Virus record (IMG/VR): IMGVR_UViG_3300015608_000687
DNA length: 64,000 bases
Origin: an uncultured virus (IMG/VR IMGVR_UViG_3300015608_000687)
Lineage: Duplodnaviria > Heunggongvirae > Uroviricota > Caudoviricetes > Crassvirales
Reading direction: 5' to 3' (one strand)
Each line of letters starts with the position of its first letter. The stretch's first letter is position 1. Below, piece by piece: positions 61,201 through 64,000 of the stretch. Position numbers and translations under genes: made by a program. The notes beneath the pieces were generated by a model. That model was not told the origin of the DNA. It saw only the letters and a program-made list of their open reading frames with translations, and did not search any database.

Positions 61201-64000
61201 AAAAAAGGAGAAATCATAGTTTACGGCAAAGAAAAGACTCTAGAACAAAGATTTGAGTCTTATCTTAAAGACCTTACTGAAAACAATCCTTATATCAAAG
61301 CTGAATATAAAAGAAGACTTGAATCTGACAGTTCTTTTGCTGAAGTTAAGGAAGAACTTAAAAACGCAAGAAAAAAACTTAATTCAATATTTGAAGCAAA
61401 GAAAGAACTAAGAATACATAAAGGTGTTTTGCAAAGACTTAATCGTACAATGCAAGACATACTTGGTGATGACAATAGTGAATTAGACCAAGAAAGTTTA
61501 AGCGAGAATATCTTGTTTATAAAGCAGGATATAGCTGAACTTCGTAATATTGTTTCTAATATTCCTAATGTAAAAGAAGAGATATTCGATTTAATGGACA
61601 GCATAGTTCAAAGACAAGAGTTTGAATTAGTTCAAACTTTAAAGTATTTCAACATGCCTGTTAATATGGAAGAGTTTTCTAAATCTTCTTATATTCCTAA
61701 ATATCAACTTTGGAACGATGTTGTTGATTCCATGTATGAGATATTCAGTAAATCTGATTTGTGGGATGCTTTTCGTATGAAACTCTCTACAGATAGAACT
61801 GACAGTTTCATTGAAACAAATAAAAACAAATTATCAACTGCAGATATTGTTCCGGGTACTCCTAATGCTGTTTATAGTTCATTTAAAAACGCAAGACAAG
61901 GTAAAGTACAAACAGGTATTGCAGTAACAAATAACACAGGTATTCAGTTCTTACTTGAAAATAACATTGTAATTGACCCTGAAATAATTCAAGAAACGCC
62001 TATAATCTTTAACAATGAAATAATCAGGCAGTTTAACATAGATGATTTAAACAGAGAATCTATGGACGCAGGTTCTGAAATATTAGGTCGTATTGTAGAT
62101 AATCAGAAAAACCCTGTTGCTGATAAGCTTAATCTTACTCCTGAAACTATGGGTATAGCTTATATTATAACTAAAGCTACAGGTGATTTGGATTTAGCTT
62201 TATTGTTTTTACAGTCACCTACGTTAAAAGCCATTTCAGAAGCTAAAAAGAACTCTGAAAGAGTAGTTAATCCTGTTGATTATTTTGGTGAAACTACTAA
62301 GATATTGAAGAACTTAGATAACAAAGAAGTAGAATTAAAGAAAAAATCACCATCTCTTGTTGTAAATTATATTCCTGTTACTAAACAAAATCTGGAATGG
62401 TTGATAAACAACCTTAATTATGAAACTTTATCAGATGATGATAAAGCTAAATATATAGGTTTAGAAAAAGAAATATACAGAAATTATAGTATTTTAAAAG
62501 ATATTGCTGGTACTACACAAGCAATAACTACAACATTGTCTTTAAATAGGTCAATTGACTCTGATATAGCTTCTGCATATAGAGTTTTAAATGCTTTTGA
62601 TACTGTTGAAAAAAACAAGGTTCTACCTAATGCTTATGGTGCATTAATGAGTAATCCTGTAAATCAAGTCAATTATGATATTTTAAAACACGCATTAAGA
62701 ACACTTTCTTTATATCAAATTACTGAAACATATTATGCAAATAATGTAATTGACACTGTTCTTGGTATGTTAAGCAGTTCTGGAAGAAAGAAATATCATC
62801 AGGATATTATCAATTCTTTTATGAGTTCCTTGCAGATGGCTGTTATTGAAAAGAACGAAGGTTCTTTATTAAAACATGCTGAGTTGCTCATGAAAAATCC
62901 AAAATCTTTAGCTAACATTGTATCTGAATTTAAAAGCAGAAAAGAATATGAAAACAATGTGTTTCTTAAGCTTTTAAGTACTAAGATGAATTTGAAAGAA
63001 GAGGCTTATGATTTAGTTACAGCAGATAGTCGCAGTAAGCTTTCTCCAGAGGCTCAGGCTGCTATATTAGACGCTTCTACTTATATAATGCATAAGGAAC
63101 CAGAGTTATTCAGAAAGCTTGAAAAGTATCTGCAATTGATGGATGGTATGATGTTTAGAAACGGTTCGTTTGTAAAAATGATGCCTGCTGAGACATTTAA
63201 ATCCGTAGCTAAAGCTTTAGAAGACATTAATGAAGTATTAACGGGTAACTACAATAATGAACAAAGAATAGCTAAATTCAAAGAGTTGACAGGCTATGAT
63301 TTCAATGAATTTAAAAACAGGTTCATTGATCAATTCTTTATGCATATTGTAAATAAAAGATTACCAAGAACAGATTATAAGGGTTATAATAAAGAAGGTA
63401 AAACAATATTTAATAAGACTTTTATAAATGGAATACTTAAAATAAATCTGGTAGATAAAACTAATCCTGAAACAGATATTCAGGTATTTCAACCTGTTTA
63501 TAATGAAGACGAAACTCTTTTAAGAATAGAGTTTCCAAGATATTTAAGAATTAAACTTGAAACAGGTGGATACAAAGGATTTAGATTAAAGAAAAAAACT
63601 GATTTTTCTGCTGAATATGAACCAATAATTTACATAGGAGATAAAAGAAGAAAGCCTTATTCATTATCTATTGCTGACAATATTAAGTTGCAGCAGATGC
63701 TAAAACAGGATATTAAACAGAATACTCCAGATACTGTAGAAGAATCAACTAATCTGATTTCTGATGATAATAGTGTATTCTTTGAACAAGAAAGTGTTGG
63801 AGATATAGCTTCACAAATACCTATTGATGAATCTACTTATATTCCTGCGTTTGGAAAAGCTGTTGCTAAACCTGAAGAAAAATTAAAAATAAACATTTAT
63901 AGTGGTACTGGAGAAAATCCTGAATTAAGTAACTTTGCTAATAGACCTTTTACTGATGATGGTATTGGAGATTTGGGAATGAATTATAAAGAAGCGACAG
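52273..64000 (+). CDS. giant virion-associated RNA polymerase polyprotein (>3,900 aa, 3' partial)
   Basis: GTG at 52273; in-frame HEAGH (57220), YRVPSQ (61030), MGMDFDVDKLY (61141); absent from the ORF track, consistent with no stop before the window end. Confidence 0.92.
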   Translation, partial: MADTTKKKKLGFPLGVDENMFYNPVIEGDKIEETPIIPNSELFYSGIKTNTGDYTVDDFVQGAINNSREKNRVVGADGKEYTFDELDDLGISSIDAFFQGYSNNMYGKKAIKKGFELPSPNPLSYQPTIGDKVVYAGADEEGNPILKLVDGNEEDIKKVDGIVFDIYGPKPTSRSFTSAFYANFRNALSPVSIGSQLSSFLEMSTDIGEMIKNYLDPNIRRFESEEGTTDDIAEYFSNKKRIDLTSPTLEESEHPWSSAAGISGNLGNAAASLVLYGGYSRALSLFTNPNFGMWGAGLILNTGEAYESAKQSGLDEEDAAMLSLSVGFINTLLEQKFGANLVNRWLSGGGSREISKIVLDETKGVLDKATLNAVSNTVYNRVLTGIKNFTEKQIIGSASEEFFEEGMQTLIGKTAEVLYDRAVEGSDKKTFGTRFDKDTWAEIFGSAAVGAIMGGVGGAFVPKGKEANIYDYIIKGKTDQVFAVLDQMKLRGDITPEQFDSYTERLNMLSDLWGKNSTVFKEIKEAKNDKINTAAFSHIDGIFHAKNKLENIDAQIEAVRNDNSLVDVVKEEKIAELELKKINIKDEIQFRESYLKNFIKDSNGKVAVLDNPKIASTKYTNEQFTKFILDKENQSHEETLRAAVAEKQVLDLIPEDQLTDEQKEDKETLTGLIKHTQELIDEKNKIIQSIDDNRVAEEELEAQELQNKKAEEKQEILEQKKEDSETPVEKIDDKPVLGYVQKVQPNGLLESIEEYPFVAKTFNQTTGRNEYDIVLPDGSIERVDNPTFVETDGSSGTQSSGKVVLNGVDHFSNPLFWNYYREVEMLKNISAAEGISEAELLEAYGQEGFPAHYQRALLEHILATRPNWRDYIKLEAVQNKQSPEYLAKPVDLKNKRIRGKRYSGVNITLSITNPETGEVYRLAHTLDTDFFEEVSDEGVVTPIDFLKLDYNEFNSKFAFRSFGEKNERNATPEEYEKFLLVYESAMTFNKWVNKWYSDNNYKDIVPIPEEAYSLEPYGMLDFKHKLDPEVAIADIPVLENAPIIAPFQSTLKTINGLPLPSGLDFNLEITSGAYYALAQFPNGYNTWVRLNGKTIEQDKELEKELSELIKNANNFASNFDSTTALNTLVEFEGSEVELKQAFKTLSDRLGFIQSNDPRISVNWSIDVPMASEDALPNYQVKLEFKFTEEGKSIKGSSLYITDFESISDLLSQIKEHEKKNAFLINKARVLYSVDKSSFKSWPAYGDLGLNYKKKLYPVTKPNIVKSWNVKIRFNGEALMKEVPLAVSNYTPSDIDESVPSEFSGTEIEDFIKEQETDIQTKKAETERRRQEELNKDNVLSELKKIVSKETFENANTEGQIEQRVIFVKEHSNNEKAKELAKQWLNIKNHSDKINARYDAKIKALEEQTAQPEIKAKKAYIEKRRQEELKSLPLAEKRDEINNANVMEVIPGDKFGNVRPKYIPFIIIEEANKNDKLGGQTAREINIRGGYSTKELDSKLPNWRNYLTGAKEINAKYDAEYVDAVKKGEMTKEQAMQALEQAGRKGSDAYTELAALENKKSEQNKLSKFKKEDLDKYDNIDFKIVDRGTINYTLTLEDARDWVAKRFGKSAFVQNIDTLIHNSEITGIPVGAVVNNIMYLRKIGDKTDMYHEAGHIVFNNFLPFKRQNAYIERIKNELKWSPKQLEEAKQKLRARSSRYRNMSDAALERKVYEEQIMDKYADWQTKREETRTWLSDFFNSLKSFIDWLFNNKSLVALFNQIDRGAFRNAKAKNKYGEIDFKIVPGFNPVTSNVFKSQLVGFMINAKLPATLSGFEKAYDMLLSTYDVDNSDVQKFIKNSTIEDLETKMAVVWSRLSKAEAKNVLMNEVIKFFKKNKYNPEVEVYDDSSSEEGDRVYDKPANEIDPTDTINEVVRNFLATTLAIDKDIFGRPVETVIPWQTVYNRLLPVLSVTHTKSSDIIRRLSYMSKDSNDTFIQAVYERLIKETGYSKETPDGVGTEGKNLLIAFKNAFALEQNLYLQAVLDNGQASIHIENKKDLGQKTKEEWEDDHIKNYLNKVNADKQIASKVNKDFEHLLLRLSSNPADVELSKFKNYRPENAVLEVLNSVGIKLQKKHAQAAFGEETDDVEERRIVNENKQPIITISDIKLISEYLKKGQPLFSGEEGVDTLASQIKLIATADARYNPFIVAKTYQDAAGKKRYSYSEANMMHSEIHKLRTDVYNESRYNELLNRQNGYFKYNSLVNKSYQDAKNILNNLWPHLIYDLSVRDENQTEGITSKSATDGDFLVLMHMYYQRTIKNSETGNKPFSIFSMSQISDKTSQYGFFLPVDRYVTNGKLNELGKKDLWNMFKTDLFTKQEKFNTGYIFKGDLFFFEYLKSDINVGDYVKALISKETSIEDVTPEVENMIVKAIYDKLIQQANDHIKILQDMGLYDNVVTPALKKEYPNILDYFVNHQLNTFIKVNDAYKLIGGSPNYTKGWDDFIKRMGRIIAAGRDFSAGKSTTYHRVAFTDDQVVFVNPENFDEITTDSKKAKELGWDEINTTDAQVWSTTNSKLEDMRKLGLLTDALESVLLRMSVVKDNDGNLVFPNPDDVPTRDEIEAAGLDLIPSKQVTGGKTDDLKEVYNKMAVHYLSFVDLAYHDGEKWIPRPDRLSLYNKYMMMVNNDVTHLVPKSAAKMFYGSPVSHSFLNEYTGQTVNTYIVPDIYRRLQVQNSTKSKKNIVLSNQILNIIGSELPDTEENNRLKTRMQQSIARMKSQDLNFLDRILVGSDGKRPDLTVLLNTLMSIAEDSSGDSQMLEMLSHTNGKPNYDTNVAHISSKFTEMFFSRYKDVFRQKGFGRILTAVSSDGYNVIEDKDTGEIITDYTEYNPDKHKIRPLRGMRNSESGITPAEIFIPRKYAELYNLQVGQELTSDLFKTILYRVPSQSYHSAAIAKVVGFLPDYYGDTIVAPKEFVLLMGMDFDVDKLYMYSKAFYQNKKGEIIVYGKEKTLEQRFESYLKDLTENNPYIKAEYKRRLESDSSFAEVKEELKNARKKLNSIFEAKKELRIHKGVLQRLNRTMQDILGDDNSELDQESLSENILFIKQDIAELRNIVSNIPNVKEEIFDLMDSIVQRQEFELVQTLKYFNMPVNMEEFSKSSYIPKYQLWNDVVDSMYEIFSKSDLWDAFRMKLSTDRTDSFIETNKNKLSTADIVPGTPNAVYSSFKNARQGKVQTGIAVTNNTGIQFLLENNIVIDPEIIQETPIIFNNEIIRQFNIDDLNRESMDAGSEILGRIVDNQKNPVADKLNLTPETMGIAYIITKATGDLDLALLFLQSPTLKAISEAKKNSERVVNPVDYFGETTKILKNLDNKEVELKKKSPSLVVNYIPVTKQNLEWLINNLNYETLSDDDKAKYIGLEKEIYRNYSILKDIAGTTQAITTTLSLNRSIDSDIASAYRVLNAFDTVEKNKVLPNAYGALMSNPVNQVNYDILKHALRTLSLYQITETYYANNVIDTVLGMLSSSGRKKYHQDIINSFMSSLQMAVIEKNEGSLLKHAELLMKNPKSLANIVSEFKSRKEYENNVFLKLLSTKMNLKEEAYDLVTADSRSKLSPEAQAAILDASTYIMHKEPELFRKLEKYLQLMDGMMFRNGSFVKMMPAETFKSVAKALEDINEVLTGNYNNEQRIAKFKELTGYDFNEFKNRFIDQFFMHIVNKRLPRTDYKGYNKEGKTIFNKTFINGILKINLVDKTNPETDIQVFQPVYNEDETLLRIEFPRYLRIKLETGGYKGFRLKKKTDFSAEYEPIIYIGDKRRKPYSLSIADNIKLQQMLKQDIKQNTPDTVEESTNLISDDNSVFFEQESVGDIASQIPIDESTYIPAFGKAVAKPEEKLKINIYSGTGENPELSNFANRPFTDDGIGDLGMNYKEAT

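Noticed and set aside
11498..61604. Minus-strand and alternate-frame short ORFs within late genes
   Set aside because: Shadows of long coding frames, including those inside the vRNAP gene
1..64000. Stop-codon reassignment as in some Crassvirales
   Set aside because: Long genes are intact in the standard code, TAG and TGA both end genes, and no suppressor tRNA was found
1..64000. Prophage or integration module
   Set aside because: No integrase, att duplication or host housekeeping genes; the tRNAs and tmRNA sit among phage genes

Overview
A 64-kb segment of an AT-rich crAss-like (Crassvirales-type) phage, probably infecting a Bacteroidota host and using the standard genetic code. It has two divergent arms that switch at about 10.35-10.65 kb. 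The minus-strand arm (1-10.35 kb) holds a family-B DNA polymerase, small hypothetical genes, three tRNAs, a tmRNA with a long tag, and about 3 kb of largely non-coding DNA packed with RNA-like helices. The plus-strand arm holds regulators, GroES-like and ferritin-like genes, two tRNAs, terminase, portal, capsid, tail/fibre, lysis and muzzle genes, cargo proteins, and a >3,900-aa virion RNA polymerase that is missing from the ORF track and runs off the window end. Best novelty candidates: (1) the early-arm structured-RNA array; (2) a ~245-nt structured RNA at the head of the late arm; (3) host-like secreted/T9SS-type proteins, including a glycoside-hydrolase-like domain present twice (virion SprB fusion and lipoprotein); (4) two classes of late promoters with conserved upstream boxes; (5) ART-like and NADAR-like modules in the injected proteins. 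All calls come from reading motifs by eye; no searches or folding programs were run.
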